Source of the DNA: Eledone cirrhosa
Lineage: Eukaryota
Direction of reading: 5' to 3'
Length of the DNA: 64,000 nucleotides
Assembly: GCA_964016885.1 (NCBI GenBank)
Contig: OZ024743.1
Coordinates: 341,620,001-341,684,000, forward strand
The position numbers and the translations under genes are program-made. Positions within the stretch are counted from its first letter, which is position 1; the number at the start of each line of letters is the position of its first letter. Of the stretch, positions 29,101 to 41,911 are shown piece by piece. The notes below the pieces were generated by a model that was not told the DNA's origin, made no database searches, and was given only the letters and a program-made list of their open reading frames with translations.

Positions 29101-29192
29101 TATTTATTTACCAGACTAAAATAACTCTTACGTTAGTCCAGAAATAGCCGTTGAAACAGCTTGAACTCTGCCGTCGGGGTAATACTTTCTCA
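26188..29192 (+). mobile_element. Penelope-like element with inverted 5' pLTR, truncated RT-EN ORF and 3' pLTR, inserted in (TA)n
   Basis: 26190-26960 is reverse-complementary to 28660-29190; coding remnant lies between. Confidence 0.92.
26964..28325 (+). pseudogene. PLE RT (YRDD) and GIY-YIG endonuclease, disrupted; possibly Nematis-like clade
   Basis: MGATDSAEVTDLIG, LYRDDGL, NFLDVTLNL, ITWFNPPYN, IFNKNTIKLSYS, CNC..CPL..C, VIYQC..KVYIGLT..FKTRFYQH, CNLCSEE. The clade assignment is inference. Confidence 0.92.
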
Positions 29193-29204
29193 TATATATA
29201 TATA

Positions 29205-30738
29205 TATAAAGGATAACAAAATATCGTTATAGGTAATCCAATTAGAGGTTGTGAATACTTCTTATTATGGATAGTTTTAGCGTACGGCGTTGCGTGACTC
29301 AACAAAAGGTTTACGTAGAAGACGAGTTTATGATTCCAATTGTATTCCTATGTAAGTTTATCTTGGAGTAATAACATTTAAAAAGTGGAGAATAACATGG
29401 TCAACAGTACAAAAAAGGGGATTTATTTGCAGTCTAACAATTGTTTCATTGATAAAGTTGTCTAAAAATTGCTGAACACTAAAAGCATTGCCACTAAATT
29501 TTAAATACGATGTTAGCTCTATCAGATCTTCGGAAACTGTTAAAAAAATATATATGTAACCGGCAAATTTACAAATTCAAATTACATCATCAATAATAAT
29601 ATTAATAATACAGATATAGAGAGAAAAGGAGGAAGAAAAGGAGATAGATACAGTAAAGAAAGAAAGGAAAGGAAGGAGAAAGAAGAAGAAGGAAAAAGAA
29701 AAAGAAAAAGAAAAAGAAAAAGAGAAAGAAGAAGAAAAAGGAGAAATTATTATAGATAGAAATATAAAGCGAAGATATATAGAGGATGATGGTAGATAGA
29801 AGAGAGACAAACATAAGTAGAAATAACGTAGGATAGAAAGAAGAATAGAGGGACAAATAAATGAATAAACGTAAATGTAAATAAAAATAAAAATAGATAT
29901 ATTAAAAATATAGGAAAAAATATATTAAAACATTGATAAATAAATAAATAAATAAATTATATCTAATGTGATATAAAATTGTATAAAATGTGAAAAATGA
30001 AGAATAAAAATTAATACGTAAAATAGGTAAAAATGTGCGAAGAATATTTAAACATATTAAAATTATTGAGAATGGTTTTTAAGACTTATTGAAATAGATA
30101 CTAAGGTGAAAATATGATAATGTTAAATATATTCATGTGTGTATTGGTTATTTTAATAAATAAATTAATTAATTAGTTTCAAGTTATATTATATGATAAA
30201 CAAGAATGACAGAGATGAAATAAATTTAGAGAGAGAATTATAAAGATAGAGAGTGAAAAATAGAGATATGTAAAATAAGAATGTAAATATGAAAGGTTTT
30301 GATGTTGTTCTTTGATAGATGATGACAATTATAATTATAAATATAATTATTTGATTAGTTTTAATTTATATTATATGACAGAGATGAAATAAATTTAGGG
30401 AGAGAAATATAAAGATAGAGAGTGAAAAATTTCACTCTCTATCTTTATATTTCACTCCCTAAATTTATTTCATCTCTGTCATTATATTTTATCATATAAT
30501 ATAACTTAAAACTAATTAAATAATTTATTTATTAAAATAACCAATACTCACATGAATATATTTAACATTATCATATTTTCACCTTATTATCTCTCCATAT
30601 ATTTCAACAATTCTCAAAAACCATTCTCAATAATTTTAATGTTTAAATATTCTTCACACATTTTTACTCCTTTTACGTATTTATTTTTATTCTTCTTTTT
30701 TCCCATTTTATACCATTTTATATCACATTACATATAAT

Positions 30739-30777
<39 letters not shown>

Positions 30778-31353
30778 TCAATTTTTATATATTTTTTAAA
30801 TATATTTTTAAATATATTTTTTATATATCTTTTTTATTTTTATTTATATTTATTCATGTATTAACGTTTATTCATTTATATGCCCCTCTATTCTTCTTAC
30901 TATACTACGTTATTTCTACTTATGTTTGTCTCCCCTCTATCTACCATCATCTTCTATATATCTTCTCTTTATATTTCTATCTATAATAATTTCTCCTTCT
31001 TTTCTTCTTTCTCTTTTTCTTTTTCTTTTTCTTTTTCATTTTCCTTGTTCTTCTTTCTCCTTCCTTTACTTTCTTTCTTTACTGTAATTATCTCCCTTTC
31101 TTCATTCTTTTCTCTCTATATCTTTATTATTATTATTGATGATGTCATTTGAATTTGTAAATTTGCCCGTTACATATATATTTTTTTATCATTTTCCGAA
31201 GATCTGATAGAGCTAACATCGTATTTAAAATTGTGTGGCACTCCTTTTAGTGTTCAGCAATTTTTAGACACTTTATCAGTGAAACAATTGTTAGTCTGTA
31301 AATAAATCCCCTTTTTGGTACTGTTGACCATGTTATTCTCCACTTTTTCAATG

Positions 31354-31355
<2 letters not shown>
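29205..31355. repeat. Large inverted repeat of family C pLTR plus AT-rich PLE-type 3' UTR
   Basis: Arms meet near 30430; 29375-30430 is reverse-complementary to 30430-31355. HHR-like core CCGAAGA...GAAACAATTGTT in both arms. Confidence 0.85.
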
Positions 31356-31413
<58 letters not shown>

Positions 31414-31427
31414 ATCAGTATGTATGT

Positions 31428-31737
31428 ATTTACAAGTAACTTTTGCTGGATTTGTAGGTGGGCCGGAATGGCATACAGCGTTTCTCGGGTAATTTTTAAG
31501 CCTGGCGTTCCCTCTCTGCCTGAAAACTGCCACTTTCTTCTGGAAGAGAGGAAGTGATAGGGGGAAATTAGAAGGAGATATAGAGGATATATCAATTCTA
31601 GTACTAGCCTGATACTGTTTTCATCGACTTGAATATGATGTAAATCAAAGCTGGCATCGGCGAGATTTGATTTCAAAGTCCTGTATCGGAGCAAGCATTC
31701 TATGCAACGTTCTAAGGATTCTTTCAATTTTCCGTCT
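31428..31737 (-). CDS. Possible host exon of unknown product
   Basis: About 100 codons of non-repetitive open frame (DGKLKESLERCIECLLRY...), with plausible acceptor ctgattgctag and donor gtaaat; no recognisable domain. Confidence 0.2.
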
Positions 31738-32329
31738 AGCAATCAGTATAATATGTAATAAGAAAACGTCATGTCACAAGTATCGAACCGAACGATTCAT
31801 ATCGTATATAATGCAAAAAACTCCCCTATATCATTGCATGACGCAACTGAAGGGATTAAACGAATGTATTAATATAGTGATTTGTTTGGGAAGACATTCA
31901 TGATTCATGACCTTGTTCTAGCTGCTTTGTTAAAACTATTGATTATCTAATACCATGAAGCATACTGTTAAAGCAAACATTTAAATATTAATGTTTGCGT
32001 GATAGCTACACAGGAAAATAAATATATGCAAACCTTTTCGTGGATAAAATGCATGTTGTTTTTCTCGATTAACACCACATCAACTTTGATCATAAAGTCA
32101 ACCTAAGCTCACATCAAATGTTCAGACATAACTTTACAGTTGATAATGTGATTCTCCTAAATTTTAGAAAATAAACCATAGATTCAAAAGAATTTGACTG
32201 TTATATATAGCAGGTCTAGACACAGCGGAAATGCAAGCTATTTGGCAGTGCATCTGATGTTGTTGGCGTCGTTCGGGCCTGAAGAGCTCCGCTCTAGCAC
32301 ATCTGTGATCAGTACATGTATATATATAT

Positions 32330-32578
32330 ATATAATTAGAATTGGTGCTCTGAAATAGCGATATATATATGAATGTATATATATAGTGTATTTTGCAATA
32401 CACAATATGCTTAATTAAAAGCATTTCGAAGACCATACGCTATTGTTTTAAAGTATCTCCTGCTGCCTGCCGAAGATTTAAGTAGGCGGCAATGTCGCTA
32501 CTTTAAAGCAATGGCGTATGGTCTTCAAAATGCTTTTAATTAAGCATACAGTGTATTGCAAAATACACTATATATAAA

Positions 32579-32590
<12 letters not shown>
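32330..32590. repeat. Inverted-repeat element related to the family A unit
   Basis: Shares attagaattgg..tgctctgaaatagcgatatatat and catt(t)cgaagacc with family A; arms about 32365-32455 and 32497-32590. Confidence 0.7.
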
Positions 32591-32673
<83 letters not shown>

Positions 32674-32689
32674 GTAAAAGGTAAACAGA

Positions 32690-33980
32690 AATAACACAAT
32701 CGGTACAGTATATGGATGGGATATATTAGGTTAACGCTTGATATAGCAGGAAAAGGGTTTTAACGTTCCGGACGCTAGTCCTTCATCAGAAGAAAGAATG
32801 AGAAATAAGATAGATTGAGGCGACGGCTGGGATGGAATTTGAAAAAAAGTCTTTAGATGAAAATAACAGGTCCATTCATGTTGACATCTCCTGTAAAACT
32901 GTTGGTGCTGGCCTTTTGTGTATGATTTAATTTTTAGAAAAGTGGATGATGGAGCGCGTCTACCTGAAATGAAAAAAAAAAACGTTTTGTAAAAAGATCT
33001 ATACTTGTGCACGTGCGTAAGCATGTGTTTGTGTGTGTGTGTGTGTGTGCGCGTGTATATTATACGTCCGTACGAATATAAGAAGAAAAGTGTGTGTATA
33101 TGTGAGTAAAAGTGTGTGTGTGCATTTAAGTACGAAGCTATAAGCAAAAGTATGTTAATATAAGGGTGTGTATGTGTGTATACAGAGCAGTGAAGGGAAG
33201 TGCGGAGCGGGCATATATAGTCAGGCATGTATTATTTGTAAGTGAAGCTGCGAGTGATCAAGAGAAAGCGATAGGAATCTCGGGGTGTGATAATGGACGG
33301 GGTATTAAAGAAATTGGGGAGGTGAGTTGAGTCCAAGAGGGGAATAGGACCCAAGACGGGGAATCAGACATTATTCAGTACTGGTTCGCGAGGCCTGTGA
33401 TCAATGATGTAAAAGGACACCCAGGACTGAACCATGTAGGTAAGAATGACCAGGAGAACAGAAATGACAGGTGACAGGAGTATCCAAATCGAATCGTATG
33501 TCCCTGAAATGTTCGGCAATACGGACCGCCATACGGCGTCCCGTTTGTCCGGTATATAAAGACCTGCAAAGGGAACACCTGAGGGCATAGACAACGTGGG
33601 TGGGTTTGCCGGTGAAGGAATGGCTGATACGGAAAGACCCGTTAGGGCATGTAAGAGTGGTGAGGGTGGAAATAAAAGGACAAGTCTTTAAGTGGGAACG
33701 GGAACAAGGATGAGAGCCGGGTGGAGTTGTGGGAGAGGATGAAAAGGAACTGCGAATCAGGAGGTCGCGGAGGTTGCGAGCGCGCTTAATAGAAGTAATG
33801 GGTGGGTTTGAAAAAAAGCAAGAAGTGACGGGGTTAGAAGAGAGGATACGGAAGGAACGGAGGATATGTCGCCGGAGTGGTAGGGTGATGAGGTGGCAGG
33901 TGAGAGGGAAAGGAACACGGGTGTTGGGATAGCGGGGGTGAGGTGAGAAGGCTGTGGGGCGGTCTGTTTCAGGGGTTCTA
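32690..33980 (-). mobile_element. 5'-truncated Neptune-like PLE (linker, GIY-YIG, 3' UTR, HHR)
   Basis: Minus-strand translation RVPFPLTCH, PPITSIKRARNLRDLLIRS and HVVYALRCSLCRSLYTGQTGRRMAVRIAEHFRDI. Confidence 0.85.
32755..32796 (-). ncRNA. Degenerate HHR at end of Neptune-like PLE
   Basis: CTGATGA-A[GGAC-TAGC-GTCC]-GGAA-CG-TTA; GAAA changed to GGAA and stem I is weak. Confidence 0.6.
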
Positions 33981-33989
33981 TATATAGTA

Positions 33990-34130
33990 ATAATAATAAA
34001 TGTGAAGACTAAAATCCAAAGAGGGCTCGATAAGGATAAATATATATCAAATATATAAGAACCCTAGAGCAAATATTTATTAAAATAACAGATTAAAGTT
34101 TAAGCAAAGAATCGCTGCTTTCACCCTTAT
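33990..34130. repeat. Family E short repeat (also 37445-37512 and 38360-38500)
   Basis: Shared ttaaagtttaagcaaagaatcgctgctttcaccctt and gaagactaaaatccaaagagggctcgataagg. Confidence 0.75.
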
Positions 34131-34171
34131 ATATATCTGTCCGTCAACTTATTTTATATATATATATATAT

Positions 34172-34725
34172 TGAAAGTGTGAAGAATAACATGGTCAACA
34201 GTAGATAAAAGGGGTTTTATTTCCAGTCTTAACAATTGTTCACTGATTAAGTTGTCTAAAAATTGCTGAACACTTTAAGCTGTGCCACTCAATTTTAAAT
34301 ACGTTGTTAGCTTAACCAGACCATCAGAAGAACTGATAAAAACTGAAAAATATTCTCAGTATCTACGAATTCAAATTACAACAGTTTTTATCAGTTCTTC
34401 TGATGATCTGGTTAAGCTAACAACGTATTAAAAAATTGAGTGGCACAGCTTCAAGTGTTCAGCAATTTTTAGACAATTTAATCAGTGAAACAATTGTTAA
34501 GACTGTAAATAAAACCCCTTGTCTGTACTATTGATCATGTTATTCTTCACTCTTTCAATATTATTACGCCAAGATAAACTTACATAGGAATGCAAGAGAA
34601 CTCATAAACTCGCCACCTACAGAAACCTCTTGTTGAGTCAAACCACACCGTACGCTAAAACTATCCACAATACGAAGTATTCACAACCTCTAACTGGATT
34701 ACCTAATGATATTTTGTTATCCCTA
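34172..34725. repeat. Family C head-to-head insertion in (TA)n
   Basis: 34172-34345 is reverse-complementary to 34382-34557. Confidence 0.85.
34392..34505 (+). ncRNA. Type I HHR with about 80-nt stem II domain (family C)
   Basis: CAGTTCTT-CTGATGA-T[CTGGTTAAG...TTTAATCAG]T-GAAA-CAATTG-TT|AAGACTG; palindromic ACAAUUGU. Confidence 0.7.
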
Positions 34726-34749
34726 TATATCCATATATATATCTATATA

Positions 34750-34822
<73 letters not shown>

Positions 34823-35024
34823 ATATATGTATATGTAATAAGTTGACTGACCTAGCATAGGTATCACTTCCAGGACAAGTTGCATCTCAGCGTACTCGAT
34901 AGGTCATGTCAAATAAACTCCCAGAGTATACACATAGTTATTCGCCCCCATACAAAACACGTAAACGGGTACCTACAGTATTTCCCGAACTTGAGTTTCA
35001 GCCACACTTAATATACATATGATA

Positions 35025-35070
<46 letters not shown>

Positions 35071-35229
35071 TAAATATATATGTATGTATGTATGTAAGTA
35101 TGTATGTATGTACGTACACACACACAAATATAGATAGATAGATGTAGATATATATTATTGAAATATGAAACAAAACAAACATGGATGCAGAAGTCATAAT
35201 ACCTTCACACTTAGAGGAAGTGGAGGAGG

Positions 35230-35265
35230 TTTCTACGTTTCGGATGGAAGTCCTTCGTCAGGAAA
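35230..35265 (-). ncRNA. Minimal type I hammerhead ribozyme of Neptune-like PLE
   Basis: TTTC-CTGACGA-A[GGA-CTTCCA-TCC]-GAAA-CG-TA|GAAA; palindromic ACGU stem III. Confidence 0.82.
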
Positions 35266-36370
35266 TTGTGGATAAGAAGAGAACAGGTATATGAATGTAG
35301 TGTGTGAAGGTTAGGAAAGAAAGAGAAGAAAAGGGTATTGAGAGGAGACTGTTAGTTTGGGAGTAGTTGGCGAAAGGTCTGGCACTTCGGAGTAGAGGCC
35401 GATGTGGAGGATCCAGGTGTGTCATGGTCGTGGTTGTGTGTATGCCGAAGGGATGACATTGGTAGGTGTGCATTGCTTCAGTATGTTTGTGTGTGAACAC
35501 GTGGGTGACACATAATCTTATATTGGTTATGTGTGCACACAGGTGTGCGTGTATGTCTGTGAGTTCTTTGTTCTCTGCCCATCTGTGTGTATGTGATTTT
35601 GTGTACATGTGTGTGTATATGGGACTTCTTTTCTGTTGGTTCTTTTCTGTATGTAAATGCGTACGTTGGTGTGTTTGAATGTATTTTCCCGTGTGTGCCG
35701 ACTGTGTGTGTATGTGACGTTTTTCTATTATTTCTATGTATGCGAGTGTGTACGTTTGTCTGTGTGTGTTAATATTCTCACGTGTGAGTCGGATGAGTGT
35801 ATACGTGTCTCTGCGTATGCGTTGTGGCTATGTGCATTGTCAGTAGCAGAAATATTTTGTGTGCATGTGTGTGAGAGCGAGTGTGTGTATGTTTATGTAT
35901 GGGTGTGTTTGTCTGTGTGTGTGTGTATGTGTGTGCGTGTGAGTGTGTGCGTGTGTGTGTGTGTGTGTGCGTGTGTGCGTGTGTGCTGTGTATCGGAATA
36001 TCTAAGTATAATCCGATCCAGAGAAATGTTGTCCAGAGTGATGTTTTTCGAAGCCCAAATATGTTGCGGTCAGATCAAAAGTAGGGGAGGTGAGGATGAT
36101 GGAGACGTAGAGATGGTGGCGCACGCATAGCGGCAGTGATTTGGGAAGGAGCTGTGGTGGCAGCGAAGGGAATGTGTGTGCGTGTGTTTGTGTGTGTATA
36201 AAGGAGGTACATGGACGGAGGTGTTAGTAGTGGTTGTTAGTAGCTGGGAGTTCTGGGTATATCGGTATTGGTGATAAGGAGCGAAGGTAGATGGTTGGTG
36301 AGTTGTTGATGGACAGGGGTTAGTTGTATTAGTGGTGGTTGATTGGTCTGTTAGTTAATTAGTATGGCAA

Positions 36371-36560
36371 ATAATTGTTTCTACTTTTGGCACAAGGCCA
36401 GCAATTATCCAGTACATTACTGGTACTTTATTTTATCGACTCCGTAAGGATGAAAGGCAAAGTTAACCTCGGCGGGATTTGAACTCAGAATGGCAAGGGC
36501 CGTAACTCTATGCGTCAAAGCATGGCGTCCGACCCTCTACCGACGCTGCCAGGTGCAATG
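36371..36560 (-). mobile_element. tRNA-derived CORE-type SINE
   Basis: Reverse-complement homolog of 43598-43781 (B box gagttcaaatc, core gcctttcatcc). Confidence 0.85.
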
Positions 36561-37444
36561 TGTCCGAAAACTGAAGAGCCGAACTCCCACTGTCATCGCC
36601 TCCATCTCTCTCGCCCTCCACATCTCTGTATTGTGAGCAAATGGGGTCCCACGTGCTGGCCTCCCCATAGCCCCTGCAGACAGGATGGAGAAAGTGTTTC
36701 CCCGGAGGATGATAATGGAGATGCGCTGGAAGAGCCATTTAGTGCTGGTGGTGATATTAAAAGAGGGAGATATACTTGTAACTGGTTGTGTGGAGATAAG
36801 TTGTTGGAGAGGTGAAGAGTGTGTTGGTGTGTGTGTGTGTGAGAGATAATTTTCTCTATTGTTTCTATGTATGTGAGTGTGAATGTTTGTGTGTGTGTTT
36901 GTGTGTATGGCGATACAGGGGTGAAAGCCGTGGTAGTCGAGGTTGTAGGTAGTTAGTCGTGTTGGCTATTGTGTATGTGTGATAGAGCGGTGGACTGTGG
37001 AGGTAGACGTGTTAGTGGTGGGGTCCATTCATTGATTATTTGGTGACGTTGGTGGAGAAGAAGAGAGGCGTCATTCAGGGGGTAACTGGTATAGGTTTTT
37101 AGGTCTGTGTAGGTAGGTTGGTGAAGAGGTCGAGTATGTGTGTGAGGAGCTAAAGGGAGAGAGGTGGTGAATTTAGACCAGTACAGTCTGGAGAAAGACA
37201 ATTGTGCGCTTCTCTTGTCTCAGGTGTGTCAAAGTCTCTAGAGCAGGTAATAAGGTCACAAACAGGACATTTGCTGGATGAGTGTCCGGCTGGGAAGTGT
37301 TAGGCGACAGGTGACAGGCTACCGAGCCGGACGTCTCGGAATTGCTCGGCGCACCGGTCCGCCGATTGACGCTCAGTGTGCCGATATAGACAGCGCCACG
37401 TAGCGTGCAGTGTATATATATATATATATATGTATATAAATATA

Positions 37445-37490
37445 TTTCAGAAGATCCGTTAAGGGTGAAAGCAGCGATTCTTTGCTTAAA
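37445..37490 (+). ncRNA. Degenerate HHR (family E)
   Basis: TTT-CAGAAGA-T[CCG-TTAA-GGG]T-GAAA-GCA..TGC-TT|AAA; core U4 changed to A. Confidence 0.45.
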
Positions 37491-37565
37491 CTTTAATCTT
37501 TTATTTTAATAAACATATATATATATATACATATATGTGTTTGTGTGTGTGCGTGTGTGTGTGTA

Positions 37566-37615
<50 letters not shown>

Positions 37616-38251
37616 CATGTGTGTAAGTATTTGTGTGTGTCGTTTAAATTCATCTTGTTACATCACCGTAACTTTCTATCGTTAGTGAGAAATAAGTAAA
37701 AAGAATAAACCCAAACACTGCAAAACTTCGTAAAATTTACACATCTTATTCGAAATTTTCTACAAAAATTCTTTTTAGTTATTATTATTTTTGTATAAAT
37801 ACTTACGTCTTAAATTCAGTGAAATAAAAATAATAAATAAACGAAGATGAAGGGAGATATTAATCGTTCAACCTCTTTTGTATCACGATCGTATTCTCAG
37901 ATTCAATTTCATGTATCTACCATCTATTTCATGGTGATTTAACTTCTGTAATATACGGCGATATTTTAAACATAAAATAAACACTGTAAAGTAAAGTAAA
38001 GTAAAGAAAGAAATTACATTTTAACAGATACAAATCTATACACTTCGCAAGAAGAGCATGTTTGATCTCTTTCAATCTACTTAAGTCTTTCATAAGTAAC
38101 TTTGCTTTCTTCGATGTACTGAGCGTAACTTTTTTCCAAGATTCTGCGTTTCTGCCGCATTATTAGTTCAGTATTAAATGAATATTTTAATAAAGTATAT
38201 CATGTATATATACGCGTCACAGACACAAACACACACATAGCGCATACACCC

Positions 38252-38357
<106 letters not shown>

Positions 38358-38515
38358 ATATTTATTAAAATAACAGATTAAAGTTTAAACTTTAATCTGT
38401 TATTTTCATAAATATTTGCTCTATGGTTCTGATATATTTGATATATATTTATCCTTATCGAGCCCTCTTTGGATTTTAGTCTTCAAAATTATTTGTATTA
38501 CTATATATATGTATA

Positions 38516-39925
38516 TCTTTATATATATAAAAGCGAGGATGTGTGTGTGTCTGTGTACAACTTTGCATGCTTAAGGCTTTCACAATTACCAACTGAATTT
38601 GACCAACTTTTCTATGCAGGTTGCACAGGTCGCTAAGATTGTCACATCACAAACATATTTCAACTCGACCCACGTTGATCAATAAAAAATCGATATCAAA
38701 ATTATCGGTAGAAAAATTGATGTAAGGGAGATAACAAACTTTATTAACAATCCTTATAAAAAAGGGATATAACCAACTTTTCAGAAATATAAACATCACA
38801 TTCATTTGAAGATAAATCACCAATATTATCGTTGTTTCTTGTTTATTCTTTGTTGCACTTTCAAATTTAAAAAAACACTTGTTTTTAACTTGTTTCACTA
38901 TATTAAGTGTTAATTTTCGTGTTAAGGGCATTATCTCGCAGCAGTCTCGCATTGCAGAGAATTTGATGATGGTGTGTTTATTTTTAGAACAATCGTTATG
39001 GGACTTTCCATTCAAACCATTGGGACCTACAACTTTTACATTTTTAAAACTTTCATAAGCCAAGTCATGTTGATACAAAAATAAAATTTGTTGCACTTTC
39101 AAAGTTAACTGTAACGCTTCAATTCATACATTTTGACTTTACAACTTTTCACCAAATAAAAGAAAGTATGCACACATTGGCTATCGGTCAAAGAAAACAA
39201 TGCGTGTAAATGATGCTAGGCCGATAACAGATCACTAAATGCGGTGAGTACAGTTATTGCAACATCTTTGTCCGCCGCTGAGCGTCGGTTAGTGCGGCGA
39301 ACCAATAATGCTAAAGCAACTGCTGCAGCACGAACTGCAGAGACTACAGAGCAACGTGAAACACGCCTTGCTATGGATGCTACAGATACTGCTTCAGCAA
39401 GATCTGCAGAGACAGTACACAAATATGAAAGACGCCGTGCGCGTAATGCTTCAGCTAATGTTGCAGCAAGAGCAATTGAGACTGAACAAGAACGTCAAAG
39501 ACGGCATTTGAGAAATGCTTCAGCTACTGCTACGGCAGGAGCTGTAGAGACTGTAACAAGTCGAGCTATTCGGCTGGAGAGTAACGCTCAACGTAGAGCT
39601 TTATCGCGGGGTATTTCAAAGGCATCACGCTCACGATGGTACCTTAAGGCATTATGACCCTAATGTAAACTATCAAATCCATCTTGATATTCAAATATAT
39701 GCCATGTCAAATACTTGCCAACATTGTAAAGCTAAAAAGTGTGTGTGCGGGGTCAGCTGCAATGTGCTGCTCCAACGGTAAGGTTAATTTGCCCACCCTT
39801 AGGGAAACACCGCGACCTCTCCAGATGCTTCTAACAGGTAAGCATTCACAATCGCGTGATTTTCTGAAGCATATCCGACAGTACAACATTGTGTTTCAAA
39901 TGACCTCTTTCGGTGCAAAACGTCT
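38516..39925 (+). mobile_element. Helitron 5' part (TC start, N-terminal repeats and Zn-finger of RepHel), 3'-truncated
   Basis: A|TCTTTATATATATAAAAG start; ETTEQRETRL-type repeats; C..CK.K, AMCCSNGKVNLP and FLKHIRQYNIVFQMTSFGAK. Confidence 0.85.
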
Positions 39926-40505
39926 GCTCACGAGTTGGCAGTCGAGATAATCTCTTTGCGTTTGTTCCGAAAAGAAAAACAAAGAATATCGTCTATCCTG
40001 AAGTGCTTTAGTGTTAACAAAAACCTTATTACAGCTCTGCCTTGAGTTTACCTTACTCATTACAAAAACATACCAATGAATATGCCATGCAGGATATTTT
40101 GGTTTATAAGTTAAACATTTAACCATACACAGCAAAGAATAGATTTTTTCTTATTCTACTCTCATTGTTTTTTGGTTTGTATACAACACTGTTTTCATTA
40201 TAAATGTTTGTACTTTTGCAAAACTGCCTGTTTTTTTCAGATTTGCAACGTCTATTGTCTTTAATCATTTGTATAACTACATCCTGTTCAGTGTTTTCCT
40301 TCAGCATAGTTTTATGTGTACAAAGATTGCACTAAATATTCGTTTGCATTAATTATTTAAGTGGTTTTTGGGCTGCCCTTTCTAGCAGCTCGCCCATCAG
40401 ATATCACTGGTTCACTACACTAAACACGCTGTGACATCTCTCTGCCGCGTGGAGCTGGACGGTCGCTTTAGATTCTCTTAGAGTTGTCTGGAATGTATAG
40501 TCTTG

Positions 40506-40586
40506 CACGCGCTGATGAACCATAGGCTATTCCATTTCAGTCAACAACTTCCTGGCGAAACATTTCTATTTGGATTTGTAAGCGTG
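40506..40586 (+). ncRNA. Type I HHR with extended stems II and III (family F)
   Basis: CACGCG-CTGATGA-A[CCATAGG...CCTGG]C-GAAA-CA..TG-TA|AGCGTG. The mirror copy at about 41437-41519 has CGCATG in stem I but CTAATGA in the core. Confidence 0.7.
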
Positions 40587-40981
40587 TGTTATATAGTTAT
40601 AGAGGTGCGTATATACATTTGAATTCATATTTTTAATTATTGTCTACCTTGCCTTCCATAGTTTATAGATTCAATACATTGGTGGTTAACACTGTTTATT
40701 GATGCCGCACCATCTCTCTCTAGTGTGTTACATTTTCAACATATTGTACATTAAAGAGTTCAGGATACCTTTTCCTTTGAGCACATTATTGACAGGGAAT
40801 AACGAGTCTATGGCTCCGTTAATTTATCGTGATATGTATATATATATATATATATATATGTGTGTATATATATATATATAGACACACACATATATATATA
40901 CATATATTAATAAGAGGAATTCCAACTTTGTCTGATTTACTCGTTTTATTTACAATCCTTTATTAAATGTTAAGTGTTAAT

Positions 40982-41020
40982 TGAACAAGTACTTTCATGC
41001 TTTCGCAATCTTCAGATTCA
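40982..41020 (-). ncRNA. Putative stem II-less HHR (same family as 5535-5573)
   Basis: TGAAT-CTGAAGA-TTGC-GAAA-GCAT-GAAA-GTAC-TT|GTTCA. Confidence 0.55.
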
Positions 41021-41157
41021 TAATACCATTATAAATTTTAAAGGATTGTAAATAAAACGAGTAAATCAGACAAAGTTGGAATTCCTCTTATTAATATACT
41101 GTTCTATACACAATCATACACACCCGTGTATATTTATCTATCTCTATATATATATAC

Positions 41158-41229
<72 letters not shown>

Positions 41230-41707
41230 ATACATTAACGGAGCCATAGACTCTCGTCGTTCCCTGTCAATAATGTGCTGAAAGGAAATGTAACAGACTA
41301 GAGAGAGATAGTGCGCCTTCAATAAAACAGGGAAAAACACCAGTTTATTGAATCTATAAACTATGGAAGCAGGGGAGACACATACTAATTAAAAATATGA
41401 ATTCAAATGTATAGACGCACCTCTATAACTATATCACACATGCGTACAATTCCAAATAGATCTGTTTCGCCAGGAAGTTGTTGACTGAAATGGAATAGCC
41501 TATGGTTCATTAGCGCGTGCAAGACTATACATTCCAGACGACTCTAAGAGAATCTAAAGCGACCGTCCAGCTACACGCGGCAGAGAGATGTCACAGCGTG
41601 TTTAGGGCAGTGAACCAGTGGTATCTGAGGGGCGAGCTGCTAGAAACGGCAGCCCCAAAACCACTCAAAGAAGTGTGCTCAACCAAATACATATATAACG
41701 AAGGAGG

Positions 41708-41817
<110 letters not shown>

Positions 41818-41837
41818 CGTGTATATATATATATATA

Positions 41838-41911
<74 letters not shown>

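Larger units (their letters stand above)
35150..37412 (-). mobile_element. Second Neptune-like PLE remnant (GIY-YIG fragment, long (CA)-rich 3' UTR, HHR), interrupted by a SINE
   Basis: Minus-strand 37270-37410 reads AVYIG/TERQSADRCAEQFRDVRLGSLSPVA*HF; HHR at 35230. Confidence 0.7.
40365..41670. repeat. Family F inverted pair (about 40365-40835 and 41222-41670) enclosing another inverted element (40905-41135)
   Basis: Direct reverse-complement similarity of the arms; (TA)n spacers. Confidence 0.85.

Noticed and set aside
38516-39925. Two Helitron pieces read as halves of one element
   Set aside because: Opposite strands, 35 kb apart and no overlap to test identity
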